NCBI GenBank assembly: GCA_016125005.1
Contig: WGMQ01000004.1
Coordinates: 77,249 to 141,248 of the forward strand
Direction: 5' to 3'
DNA: 64,000 nucleotides
DNA from: a bacterium
GTDB lineage: Bacteria; Sumerlaeota; Sumerlaeia; SLMS01
Part shown: positions 8,182-17,573 of the stretch, in pieces
How positions within the stretch are numbered: position 1 is the first letter of the stretch
How the letters are laid out: each line of letters opens with the position of its first letter
Translations under genes and position numbers: made by a program
Notes under the pieces: generated by a model
Databases searched by the model: none
What the model saw: the letters and a program-made list of their open reading frames with translations, nothing else
What the model was told of the DNA's origin: nothing

Positions 8182-9426
8182 TCAGTGCACTTCCTGAATC
8201 CGGAAGTGCGGGTCGATCTTCTTCACTCGGGTTTCGATGTCGGTGATCTGGGCGAGGATCGCGTTGGAATGAGAGGGCACAAGCGTGGCCAAGCGACGGA
8301 CCTCGGCGTCCTTGCTCTTCTGTGCAGTCATGGCCAGCTTAACGCCCAGATCATTGAGGCTATTGAGTTTGGTCCGTGCCTCGGTAAGTTCGTTTCCGGC
8401 CTCGCCTTCCATCGCCTTGCCGAAGGGGGCGGCGGAGACCTGCGCGCAGAATCGCGCGAGCGAGTCCTGAGTGGAAAGGGTGGCCTGATGAAACTCGCGT
8501 GCGAGCTGGGCGGCGGCGAGGCGCTCTTCGCTGGTCTCGCGGAGGTCCAGGATCAGTTCCTTGCTGACCAGGTTCTCGGTCGGAGCGGAAAGATTGAGGA
8601 CGATATCCGATGCGTTCTGGGTGACGGCCGTCTGAACGGTGATGCCGGTGACCCGGCTCTGGGCGTTGCCAAGGACGGCGAGCAGACCGGGGGCCTGAAG
8701 CTTGTCGCCCTCGCGGGAGCGTTCGCCGGCACCCACCTGGGAGACGCTGGCTTCCACCAGCTTGCGGCGCGACTGGGACAGCATGTCCGCCAAGGCGCTT
8801 TCGCGCTTATCCCCCATCACGGCAATGATGCGCAGCTTGTCGAGGCGGCGCTCACGCTCGTCGTTGGGGAAGGAATACTCGAGCCCAACCACCTCGTCGA
8901 TCTGCCAGTCGTTCACCTCAAACTGGTAGGAAATGGGGTGCTGGGAGGAGCGAATGACGACATAAGCGGACTTCCACTGGATGCCGCTGGAGTTCTTGAC
9001 GCCGAGTTCGACGGTCATCGTGGCGGAATCGGGGAAGGTACGGCGGACCACCTGGAAGGGGTAGAGTTCGGGAAGGGGAACTGGGACGCCATCAGGGAGC
9101 TGGGTTTCGCCGATGAAGCGACCACGCCGCTGGGGCTTGAGGCGGCTCTCGTCGGCGGGGGTGGCGGCAACCTCACCCTTCTTGGGAGGGCGGCGGGGGG
9201 CCTCGTCAGCCTTGGGCTCCTGGGTGGCGGCGGCGGCAGCAGCGGCTTTCCGATCAAACGTCGCCCCTTCACCCGCCTTGTCCGACTTGGCGGCGGGCTT
9301 GTTCTTCGTGTCGGCGCCTTCGGGCTTACGGCCCGGCGCACCACCTGGGTTCGAGGCGATGTAGGCAGCTATTCCACCGACGAAGACCAGCAGAATGAGG
9401 GCAATCGGCGCGATGGCTTTTTTCAA
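8182..9426 (-). CDS. Membrane-anchored hypothetical protein
   Basis: TTG at 9426 with GGAGGT SD. N-terminal TM helix (IAPIALILLVFVGGIAAYI), Ala/Lys/Pro-rich linker, beta-rich domain, then helical C-terminus. Confidence 0.75.
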   Translation of the reverse strand: MKKAIAPIALILLVFVGGIAAYIASNPGGAPGRKPEGADTKNKPAAKSDKAGEGATFDRKAAAAAAATQEPKADEAPRRPPKKGEVAATPADESRLKPQRRGRFIGETQLPDGVPVPLPELYPFQVVRRTFPDSATMTVELGVKNSSGIQWKSAYVVIRSSQHPISYQFEVNDWQIDEVVGLEYSFPNDERERRLDKLRIIAVMGDKRESALADMLSQSRRKLVEASVSQVGAGERSREGDKLQAPGLLAVLGNAQSRVTGITVQTAVTQNASDIVLNLSAPTENLVSKELILDLRETSEERLAAAQLAREFHQATLSTQDSLARFCAQVSAAPFGKAMEGEAGNELTEARTKLNSLNDLGVKLAMTAQKSKDAEVRRLATLVPSHSNAILAQITDIETRVKKIDPHFRIQEVH

Positions 9427-9676
9427 GTCGGTACCTCCGGCGGGTTCGAACCGGCCTGTTGTCTGGACAATAACGATAGTGTGGTGGCCAGTGTCACGCA
9501 AGCAGAAGCCGGTGCCCACAGCGTAAGAATGAGCGGATGTGATCCCAGCTGGGGTTTTCCCGGCGCGGTTCTCAGATTGCCCGATAGCCCGTGGACGATG
9601 TGGAGCGTGGCGATTTGCCGTTGCGACTCCCAACGGAGGGACGTTGCCTTGGTCCTGTCACTCACCAGGGGGTATC

Positions 9677-10867
9677 ATGACTATTTCCGCGGCAATTCCG
9701 ACAACACTTTCCGGCATGACGTTCGACTCGAACTTTGAGTGCGGCAACGCCGTTAGCTTCGCGGAGTTGGAAGATGGCGTCATTTCCTTCCGACTGGCGC
9801 CGGACACCAACGGCAAAGACCGCCAATGGTATCTGTTCCGAGTTCGCGGTGGGCGCGGACGCCGGGTGACGTTTCGTCTCGATGGGCTTTCGGAAACAAA
9901 CGTTCCCATTCACTGGAAGGATGCTTGCCCCGTGATCGGCCCGGGGCTCGCCGGGCCTTGGGGGCGTTCAGGTGGGAATTGCGGGGTCATTGGCGATGGG
10001 TGGGAGTTCACTTTGGTGATTCCGTTCGATGAGACCTATATCGGGTTTCATCATCCCTACGGCTACGAACGGAACCTGCGGCAAATCGAGCGCTGGTGCA
10101 GTCATCCTTCAGTGACGAGGGAGGTCATCGGCCACAGCATCGAGAAGCGTCCCATCGATCTGCTTCGCGTGAGGGAAGGCGGAGTCGAGGCGGGGCGACT
10201 CGGGGTTTGGGTGACATGCCGCCAGCACGCCGGGGAGTCGAATGCCTCGTGGTTCCTCGATGGGTTCATGGAGTGGTTGCTCTCGGCGGAGGGCGCTCCG
10301 CTGCGCAAGGCCGCGACCGTCAACGTCGTGCCGATGATCAATCCCGACGGGGTAATCGCGGGGAATTACCGGCTGAATGCGGCTGGGGTGAATCTGAATC
10401 GCGTGTGGAACAAGCCGGACCCGGCGACATCCCCGGAGATTCTGGCAGTGACCTCGGCAGTCAGGCGTTGGGTCGATTCGGGAAATCGCTACGATTTCTT
10501 CATTGATCTCCACGGAGATTCGGAGGCCCTCGCCTGCTACGCTTTCCAGCCCGGGGCAAGCATCAAGCCGCCCAAGTATCACAGCCCGCATCGCTATCAC
10601 GCCGATTCGAGGCGCTACATCGCGATGGTGGCCTCGCGAGCACCGGACTTCCATCCGGATGAAGGGGTAGTGGAGACAGATGATGTGGGCCTCAGCCGCC
10701 AGTTTATGACGTTTGAATACGGTGTGATGGCGGAACTGTTCGAGATGGGATACAGCACGGTTAACTACGGTCCCAATGCGGGACTGTGGCTGACGCCGGA
10801 GCGGCACGGGGCCATTGGCCGGGCCGCCGGTGAATCACTGGCTGAGTACCTGCTTGGTGGCTGTTGA
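9677..10867 (+). CDS. M14 zinc carboxypeptidase (Nna1/cytosolic carboxypeptidase-like)
   Basis: FDSNFECGN, QWYLF, RQHAGE (HxxE), NPDG, NLNR and IDLHG motifs. Confidence 0.9.
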   Translation: MTISAAIPTTLSGMTFDSNFECGNAVSFAELEDGVISFRLAPDTNGKDRQWYLFRVRGGRGRRVTFRLDGLSETNVPIHWKDACPVIGPGLAGPWGRSGGNCGVIGDGWEFTLVIPFDETYIGFHHPYGYERNLRQIERWCSHPSVTREVIGHSIEKRPIDLLRVREGGVEAGRLGVWVTCRQHAGESNASWFLDGFMEWLLSAEGAPLRKAATVNVVPMINPDGVIAGNYRLNAAGVNLNRVWNKPDPATSPEILAVTSAVRRWVDSGNRYDFFIDLHGDSEALACYAFQPGASIKPPKYHSPHRYHADSRRYIAMVASRAPDFHPDEGVVETDDVGLSRQFMTFEYGVMAELFEMGYSTVNYGPNAGLWLTPERHGAIGRAAGESLAEYLLGGC

Positions 10868-10955
10868 CACTGGCTTCCGATGGTTTGTGAATAGCTGACC
10901 GGGCTTCACGATACCCCCTCCCCGGCCGTTCGTTGTCGAGGTTCCAACCGAAGCC

Positions 10956-12023
10956 ATGCCACAGAGGGCGCTTCGCACCTACATGGGGGCGATCCACATC
11001 CACAGCGACAAGAGCGACGGCGAGGGCTCCCTTGCCGACATCGTGTCTGCTGCCCGACAGAGCGGCGTGGACTTTGTCGTCCTGACGGATCATGGAACAC
11101 GCGGCTATGGAACCGAGGGGAAGGAAGGCTGGCACGACGGCGTGCTGGTGCTTTGCGGGGAGGAGGTCAGCAACGACGACGGACACCTGCTGGCATTCGA
11201 AGGTCGCGACGACATTGGCGAGCAGATGGATGTGGAATCGGCGCTGGCGGCGGTCTCGGCCCAGCACGCCACGTCGGTCTCGATCCACCACCAGCTTCCA
11301 TCGCTGGGCCCCGAGGCAACACTCATCCCGCCCCCCGTCCCCATGCAGCGGACCAACATGGTCGAGGTCTGGTCCTTCATGGACGAGTTTCTGGCCCGGG
11401 TCCAGCCGCGCTACTTCCTTCAGGCATGCACGCGTCCGGACAAGCTGATCAACGGCCCGTCCCGCTCGATCCTGAGGCAGTGGGACCGGGTCCTTCAGAC
11501 GCGCCGCATGGCGGCCTTCGCGGGGCTGAATGTCCACGCGCGCAAGCAACCGCTCATGGAATGGAAGACGGTGTTCAGCTACCAGGTGGCGTTTCAATCA
11601 CTGGTGACATGCATTCGCTGCCAGGAACTGCCCGGCGTGTCGCTTCGCGCACGGGACCTGGTCTGGGCAGCTCTGCGCGAAGGACGCTCCTTCATGCTGA
11701 ACCGCTCGGTGGGCGACGAGAAGAACTTCGATTTCCACTTCCAGTCGGCCGATGGGCGCATCCGCTTCATGGGTGATGAATGCACCTATGACCCGCGCGG
11801 GCGGTTCTATGTGTCGCTGTCGCGCGACGCCGAGGTGGTGCTGCGGCACAATGGGCAGCCACTGTTCTGGTCGACGGTGAAGGAAGCGTCTTTCCCCGTG
11901 GCGGGGCCGGGGAGCTATCGCATCGAGGTGCTGCTGAACCGGCGCACCTGGATCCTGACCAATGCGATTCGCTTGGTTGACGATGAGGGCACCATGCAGC
12001 CGACGGTCAGCGATCTGACCTGA
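10956..12023 (+). CDS. PHP-domain metallohydrolase
   Basis: HIHSDKSDG, LTDH, GEEV and GHLL motifs, with C-terminal ALREGRSF and an Ig-like tail. Confidence 0.85.
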   Translation: MPQRALRTYMGAIHIHSDKSDGEGSLADIVSAARQSGVDFVVLTDHGTRGYGTEGKEGWHDGVLVLCGEEVSNDDGHLLAFEGRDDIGEQMDVESALAAVSAQHATSVSIHHQLPSLGPEATLIPPPVPMQRTNMVEVWSFMDEFLARVQPRYFLQACTRPDKLINGPSRSILRQWDRVLQTRRMAAFAGLNVHARKQPLMEWKTVFSYQVAFQSLVTCIRCQELPGVSLRARDLVWAALREGRSFMLNRSVGDEKNFDFHFQSADGRIRFMGDECTYDPRGRFYVSLSRDAEVVLRHNGQPLFWSTVKEASFPVAGPGSYRIEVLLNRRTWILTNAIRLVDDEGTMQPTVSDLT

Positions 12024-12026
12024 CGG

Positions 12027-12755
12027 TCAGGGGCGTTCGACGCGGAAGGCGTCCACTTTGGTGACGCCGCGGGAAACACGACGCGCATAGCTTTCAAAAA
12101 GCGCAAGCTGGCTGGAGAAATTGCTCGTCTTGTCCCAAGGCATCGTCCAAACCACGTTGCCGGTGGAGACATCGTAGATCTGCACGTCTGCCTCGGCATG
12201 GCTGTACCACCAGGTAAAGGTGCGATTCACCACGGTGACGCTCTCGGTAACGGTTGGAGCCACGACAAAATCCACATTCAGGGAGCGGCCGTAGTCGAGC
12301 GGGTCCTGGCGAACCAGGATGTCCTTTCGCTGGGTGCTGCTGAGGGACGGATAACGCCGACGGAGCAGGCGCTCCTTCTGCGACATGTAGATGGTCAGGT
12401 CTTCGCGCGAGTAGACCTCGACACCGGGTATGCGGTCGAGTTCGCGGGCGAGGGACTCGGCGATGAGGGACCCGGCGTTAGGAGACTTGAAGCGGTCATG
12501 GGCGCCGAGCCACCAGCCCTTGGTGACGACCTCGCCCTTGGGGGCCACTTCGTAAAACACCGGCGCGTCAATCACGGCAACCTTGACGGTGCGGAGATTA
12601 TCCCGCTGCTGGTGGGCGCAACCGGCGCCGAGCAGGGCCATGAGCCCGGCGGCGAGGAGGAAGAACAGGTGGTAACGAGACGGCATGGCGGCGCTTTCCA
12701 GACGGTTGACGAGGGACATCATTAGGCGACCGGCCAGCGGGTCAAGTGCCCTCAC
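12027..12755 (-). CDS. Putative lipoprotein (CsgG/TolB-N-like fold); start uncertain (12755 GTG, 12722 or 12686)
   Basis: Hydrophobic segment ending LGAG-C. Pattern GRSLNVDFVV...VQIYDVSTGNVVW. Confidence 0.65.
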   Translation of the reverse strand: MRALDPLAGRLMMSLVNRLESAAMPSRYHLFFLLAAGLMALLGAGCAHQQRDNLRTVKVAVIDAPVFYEVAPKGEVVTKGWWLGAHDRFKSPNAGSLIAESLARELDRIPGVEVYSREDLTIYMSQKERLLRRRYPSLSSTQRKDILVRQDPLDYGRSLNVDFVVAPTVTESVTVVNRTFTWWYSHAEADVQIYDVSTGNVVWTMPWDKTSNFSSQLALFESYARRVSRGVTKVDAFRVERP

Positions 12756-13735
12756 CGGGAGCTGGGGTCGAGGGCATCACGCAATCCATCGCCAAACAGG
12801 TTGAACGCCAGCATGGTGATGCTGATGGAAACCGCGGGGAGGATGAGCAGGTGCGGGGCGTTGGAGATCTCCGCCAGTCCGTCGCTAGCCATGGTGCCCC
12901 AGCTCGCCTGTGGCGCGCTGACACCGATGCCGACGAATGCTAGGAAGCTCTCCGTGAAGATGGCCTGCGGAATGGCAAGGGTCGACGCGACCGCCAGTGG
13001 GCCGATGCAGTTGGGCAGGATGTGGAAGAAGAGGATGCGGTAGCTCTTCTGGCCGAGTGAGCGGGCGGCCATCACATAGTCGGAGCCCGCCTGGTTGATG
13101 ACCTCGCCGCGCGCCAGACGCGCCATCGTCAGCCAGTTGGTGACGCCCAGCGCGATATAGACGCAAAGAAGGTCGGGGGTGAGCAGCAGGGGGATGTTGG
13201 CGCGATCCCATCCGTGCGAGGCCAGATAGTTCTCGATCCACTTGCGAACAAAGACCTGGAGCAGCACCACGATGAGGATCACGGGGATGCTGTACAGGAT
13301 GTCGACGATACGGGTGAGGACCGTGTCGAGAAAGCGCCAGGATGCCCTGCTGGACGAGTAGGCCCAGCCGGACACGACGCCGATGGCCACGCCGATGATT
13401 AGGTTGATCACCATGGCAATGACGCCGACAGCGAGGCTGATGCGGGCGCCGACCAGAAGGCGGGCCAGCACATCGCGACCCTGTCGGTCGGTGCCGCCGG
13501 GATAATCCCAGCTCGGCGCCAAAGGCTGACCGGTCAGCTTCCGGTCCATGAAGGTCGGATCAACACTGTATATCATTGGTCCGAAGGTTGTGGTGAGGAA
13601 GAGGAGGGCGATGACAACGAGGGAGATGACGGCGGCCTTGTTCTGGAAGAAGCGGGCGGCGGCAGGATAGCGACGACGCCAGTTTTCCTTCTCTGGCGCG
13701 ACAGCGGGGAGGGGCGATGCAACGGCGGTGCTCAG
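12752..13735 (-). CDS. oppC: Oligopeptide/dipeptide ABC transporter permease (OppC/DppC-type), probable CTG start
   Basis: GTDRQGRDVLARL, EAA-like YVMAARSLG, HILPN and ESFLAFVGIG. The frame extends upstream of ATG 13576 through the OppC-N segment FFQNKAAVISLVVIALL to CTG 13735. Confidence 0.85.
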   Translation of the reverse strand: MSTAVASPLPAVAPEKENWRRRYPAAARFFQNKAAVISLVVIALLFLTTTFGPMIYSVDPTFMDRKLTGQPLAPSWDYPGGTDRQGRDVLARLLVGARISLAVGVIAMVINLIIGVAIGVVSGWAYSSSRASWRFLDTVLTRIVDILYSIPVILIVVLLQVFVRKWIENYLASHGWDRANIPLLLTPDLLCVYIALGVTNWLTMARLARGEVINQAGSDYVMAARSLGQKSYRILFFHILPNCIGPLAVASTLAIPQAIFTESFLAFVGIGVSAPQASWGTMASDGLAEISNAPHLLILPAVSISITMLAFNLFGDGLRDALDPSSR

Positions 13736-14790
13736 GTCTGGGCTCCTCGTTCGTGCTTGTCAATCTGGCGAAGCAACCCGGTGGCTCCCGGGTGGCGGGG
13801 CCACTCCATCAAAAGGGCCTCGCAGAGTCGCCGCGCGGCGGCCTGCTGGTCAAGCGCACAGAGTGCCTGTGAGATGAGGAATGTGGTCTGGGCCTCGCGG
13901 TCGGAATGCAGGGGGATCTGCTCCTTGAGGGTGGCCACGGCCCCTTGCAGCTCGCCGGAGCCGGGACGAAGGCGGGCCTTCACCAGCCGGGCGACCACAT
14001 GCCCGGGCGCCCATTCCATGCACAGGGCCAGGCGGCGGATGATCTCGCTCTTGTCCCAGCCACACTGGATGCCGAGGTGCGCCACCCAAGCCTGCGCATT
14101 GGCGCCGGCGACCGGGTGCGAGGTCCATTCCTCGAAGCGATCCAGCAGGTCGGGAGAGCCACTGTCGCGGCGTGCCGAGGCCAGCAACGCCCGGTAGACA
14201 AGCCAATCATCTCCCAGCAACTGCTCCCGCAACGATTCCTCCCGCAGGCGGGTGCGGTTCAGCTTCCCGTCGGCGTCCGCCAGATAGAAATGGTGGACGA
14301 ACTGATCCTCGATGAAGCGGCTTTCGACGACCAAATCCTGTCCGCGACCGGGGAGATGACAGAACGTGTAGGCGGCCACCAGACGCGAACGTTCGGGAAC
14401 GCCCTGGTCGGTCACGCCCTCAAAGAACTCCGCCTCCAGGGCCTCGGTGAAGGAATCGAGTCCCTCATCGGTGCGGAGGAAAAGCTGGCGAAAGCTGGAG
14501 ACGTGGGGACGATCCCCGCCCGTGCCATCGGCCCAAAAGGCCAGCAGCAAATCGGGCGCATCGCTTCCGAAGAGCGCGCACAGGTAGCGACGATCCTGCA
14601 GGATACTGGAGCTGAGGTACTGGAACGGCCGATACGATGGAGGGGTCGGCGCTGGATCGTCCGCAGCGATTTCGCGCTCAGCCGCGGCGGCCATGGACTG
14701 AGAGCGAGGGTCGCGTTGCAGACCCCAGAGGAGTATCCCCATCAGTGCAGTCAGCACGCATGGGATAACCAGCCATTGCCAGTCCTGCAT
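13732..14790 (-). CDS. Membrane-anchored protein with C-terminal TPR-like helices
   Basis: N-terminal TM helix (WQWLVIPCVLTALMGILLW). TPR-like endings (WAPGHVVARL, WPRHPGA). Confidence 0.65.
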   Translation of the reverse strand: MQDWQWLVIPCVLTALMGILLWGLQRDPRSQSMAAAAEREIAADDPAPTPPSYRPFQYLSSSILQDRRYLCALFGSDAPDLLLAFWADGTGGDRPHVSSFRQLFLRTDEGLDSFTEALEAEFFEGVTDQGVPERSRLVAAYTFCHLPGRGQDLVVESRFIEDQFVHHFYLADADGKLNRTRLREESLREQLLGDDWLVYRALLASARRDSGSPDLLDRFEEWTSHPVAGANAQAWVAHLGIQCGWDKSEIIRRLALCMEWAPGHVVARLVKARLRPGSGELQGAVATLKEQIPLHSDREAQTTFLISQALCALDQQAAARRLCEALLMEWPRHPGATGLLRQIDKHERGAQT

Positions 14791-14894
14791 TCTCGCACCA
14801 AGGACGGAAAATAGGCGCCTCGTCGGCAGGCGACGCGCACGGTAGCGTGTCGAGGGGTCGGCCTTCTGACAAGCGGGAATTGGCCGAGGGGGGC

Positions 14895-15040
14895 GAGCAA
14901 AAGGTAGCGCGTGCGTCCCGCGCGCGAGTGGGCCCACGCGACGGAAGGGCCTCGGCTTCAACTCAGGACGGATCGGTTGGATGCGGGGCGGGCGGTGCGA
15001 CTTGGCACTCGCGGGCAGGATGCCCGCGGTACCTTTGCTC
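14895..15040. repeat. REPIN-like element: inverted pair of GTAG-type REP palindromes
   Basis: The + strand has gagcaaaaGGTAGcgcgtgc-gtccc-gcgcgcgagtg (14895-14930). The - strand has gagcaaaGGTACcgcgggc-atcct-gcccgcgagtg (15006-15040). Confidence 0.7.
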
Positions 15041-15094
15041 CCCTGATGGCACCTCGGCTTGACCCGGGGTGGTGGGCTGACGTTTGCTCCCTCG

Positions 15095-15303
15095 CGTATC
15101 GGTTCGGCCGGTGGGACGCCAGTCCTGGCTGGTCGAGGCAAGAGGGAATCCGGTGTGAATCCGGAGCTGCCCCGCAGCGGTAAGCAGAAACGAACGCCAC
15201 AAGTTGCGCACTGGGGTCAGGCCCTGGGAAGCGGTGGTTAGTAGAAACCGATGGGATCAGGCATCCTATCGTAGCGTCTGCAAGTCCGAAGACCTGCCGG
15301 TAT
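15095..15303 (+). promoter_or_regulatory. Cobalamin (B12) riboswitch
   Basis: Conserved blocks in order: AAGAGGGAATCCGGTGTGAATCCGGAGCTGCCCCGCAGCGGTAA, CACTGG...CTGGGAAG, and the B12 box AAGTCCGAAGACCTGCC. Confidence 0.93.
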
Positions 15304-15473
15304 CGGTCGACCCCTTTGGGGCGGCCGCGAGTGACCGATCCCTCGAGGGAAGGGAAAGTCGGACGATGCACTTGCCGGGGCGCGCCATGGGCGTCCCGAT
15401 GACCGGTGCCTCCACCGCTTTTCGTCGCATCGACGCGTTCGGCCTCTCACCAATCCTCCCAATGAGGGAACCG

Positions 15474-16784
15474 ATGAGAACGGCCTTTTCGCACCTGTCC
15501 TGTCTGGCAGCAACCGCCCTGGTGGCGGGTGTCGCTGCCCAGCCAACCATCTTTCGCGCTCCGGAGCAGATCACCGACAGCGCCACCACCTACCAACTTT
15601 CCCGCAACCCGAACGGCTGCCTTGTCATGGCGCCCGGTCGACAACTCCACCTGGTCTATTGGTCCGGTGGCGAGACAACCACCGTATCCTCGCCGAGCTA
15701 CGTCTACTACCGCGGCTGGAATCCGCTGACCGGATGGAGCGCGCAGGTGAGCCTTGCCGATTCGTTCGTGGGCGGCACCACCTACGTTGGCGGTCGGCAG
15801 CCGATGGCGGCCCTGACCACGGATGGCACGCTGTGGGTCACCTGGCACGACCACCGCAACGGCACCTCGGGTTCGCCCGGGAACAACAACGACAATATAG
15901 AAATCTATACAGATCGCCTTCCCGTCGGCGGTGCCTGGTCCACGTCCGACTTCCGCGTGACGACGTCGGGGGCGGGGACGCTTGGCGACAACGGCTTCCT
16001 GCCGCGAATCGCGGCGCAGGCCGATGGCTCGCTGGTGGTGGCGTGGTACGACTTCCACTACAACGTGGGGGTCTCAGAGATCATGGCGCGGCGCTCCGAC
16101 AACACGGGCTTCTTCGAGCCGTCGACCGCGATGAACACGATGCGCTTAACCGATGCGTCGACGCGGGGCGGGACGTTGAGCTATACAGTGCCCGACCTGG
16201 CCGTGGACACGGCCGACACCGCCCATGTGGTCTGGAGCACCGGCACCGGCGGCGCAGCCCCGCTCTACTACGCACCGCTCGCCGAGCCGATCGGCCTGGT
16301 GACGGAGACGCAGATCGCGAGCAGCACCGGTGGCTACTTCAACCCGGCCCGCCTGACGGCGGCCCCGAACGGGGACCTGTGGGTTGTCTATACGAACGAC
16401 CCGAACGGTGCCAGCGACATCGTGGCGCGCCGCAAGCCCGCGGGCTCCGGCACCTTCGATGCAGCGATCACCCTGGCGGGCGGCTCACCGCTGACCTCGG
16501 CGGCGGACCTGGAAGTCGGAGGCGATGGGAAGCTGCACCTGGTCTGGGTCGACGAGCGCGATGGGCGACACGTCTATTATGGACGTTTTTCCGGCGCGGG
16601 CTCGCTGGAGTTCGAGGTGAAGCTGACGGAGGACGCGGGCAACTGGCAGCGTCCCACGCTGGCGCTCGACTCCGAGGACCAGCCCTTCGTGGCGATGGAA
16701 CTGGATGGCGTCTCGACGAACGACCTGTGGTTCACGTTCCCGGAGGAAGCACTGGGGGCAGAACACTGGGAGCTGTGGAAGTAA
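15474..16784 (+). CDS. Secreted seven-bladed beta-propeller-like protein under a B12 riboswitch
   Basis: Signal peptide ending VAA-Q. Seven P-x-hhh-x3-G-x-h-H/W-hh-W repeats. C-terminal tail ALGAEHWELWK. Confidence 0.8.
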   Translation: MRTAFSHLSCLAATALVAGVAAQPTIFRAPEQITDSATTYQLSRNPNGCLVMAPGRQLHLVYWSGGETTTVSSPSYVYYRGWNPLTGWSAQVSLADSFVGGTTYVGGRQPMAALTTDGTLWVTWHDHRNGTSGSPGNNNDNIEIYTDRLPVGGAWSTSDFRVTTSGAGTLGDNGFLPRIAAQADGSLVVAWYDFHYNVGVSEIMARRSDNTGFFEPSTAMNTMRLTDASTRGGTLSYTVPDLAVDTADTAHVVWSTGTGGAAPLYYAPLAEPIGLVTETQIASSTGGYFNPARLTAAPNGDLWVVYTNDPNGASDIVARRKPAGSGTFDAAITLAGGSPLTSAADLEVGGDGKLHLVWVDERDGRHVYYGRFSGAGSLEFEVKLTEDAGNWQRPTLALDSEDQPFVAMELDGVSTNDLWFTFPEEALGAEHWELWK

Positions 16785-16810
16785 GCCAGATGAAGCGCGG
16801 CGCGGGTCGG

Positions 16811-17464
16811 TCAGTTCGACGGCTTGCGCCGCGCGATCACGTACTCGGCAAAGCCCATCAGGTCCCAAAAAAGGCCGCCGGTGAGGTGCCCGAACTTGAA
16901 GAACGTGCGCACGGCCAGGAGCGGCAGGAGCACGATGCGCGCGATGTCTCGTCGGGTCCCGGCGCGGCGGACCGTGCAACCGCTTCGGATCAGGACGTTC
17001 GCCACTTCCTTCACGTCATAGACGCGCACATGCGTGGGATCGTCGGAGAAATTGAGGGTCATCGGCATGCTGCGAAGCGCGAGGCTGCGCGGGCCGGGAT
17101 ACTCGATGTATAGATGTCCGCCCGGCGCGAGCTTCGTGACCAGGCGCGCCAGCACCTCGTCGCCGTTGTATAGATGCTCGATCACGTGGGCGATGACGAT
17201 CACGTCGAAGTGATTGTCGGGAACCTCGGAATAGTCCAGCTTCGTCAGATCGACCTGATAGAAGGCCTTCATGACGCGGAAGTCCGCCTCGTTCATCTGG
17301 TAGTCACGAACGATGTCGAGGCCGTGGTACTCGCACTTGGGAAAATGACCGACGGTGATGGAGGGGGAATGATTCCCAGCTCCCACGTCGAGCATGCGAA
17401 AGGGCCGGTCGCCAACGATCTCGCGGACTCGCTTGAGCTTGTACGGGAGGAGGGGGGAGATCAT
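16811..17464 (-). CDS. Class I SAM-dependent methyltransferase
   Basis: MLDVGAG motif I, GLD, FDVIVIAHVIEH and LAPGG. Confidence 0.9.
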   Translation of the reverse strand: MISPLLPYKLKRVREIVGDRPFRMLDVGAGNHSPSITVGHFPKCEYHGLDIVRDYQMNEADFRVMKAFYQVDLTKLDYSEVPDNHFDVIVIAHVIEHLYNGDEVLARLVTKLAPGGHLYIEYPGPRSLALRSMPMTLNFSDDPTHVRVYDVKEVANVLIRSGCTVRRAGTRRDIARIVLLPLLAVRTFFKFGHLTGGLFWDLMGFAEYVIARRKPSN

Positions 17465-17520
17465 GGGAGGGGGGCCTTGGCCGATGATGGGGCTCGCGGA
17501 AACACCAGACTCCGCATGGC

Positions 17521-17556
17521 TCAGGAGGCGTCGACCGGGATGGGACGCCTCCTGAG
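17521..17556. other. Intergenic stem-loop
   Basis: TCAGGAGGCGTC...GACGCCTCCTGA perfect 12-bp stem between the DegT-like and methyltransferase genes. No U-tract. Confidence 0.5.
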
Positions 17557-17573
17557 TGATCGGTGCGGCCTCG

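Noticed and set aside
7055-9738. Long plus-strand ORFs 7055..8197 and 8161..9738
   Set aside because: Shadows of minus-strand genes that have an SD and a signal peptide or TM helix.
14791-15473. 5' extensions of ORFs 13732..15141 and 15204..16784
   Set aside because: They run through the REPIN and riboswitch. Better starts exist at 14790 and 15474.
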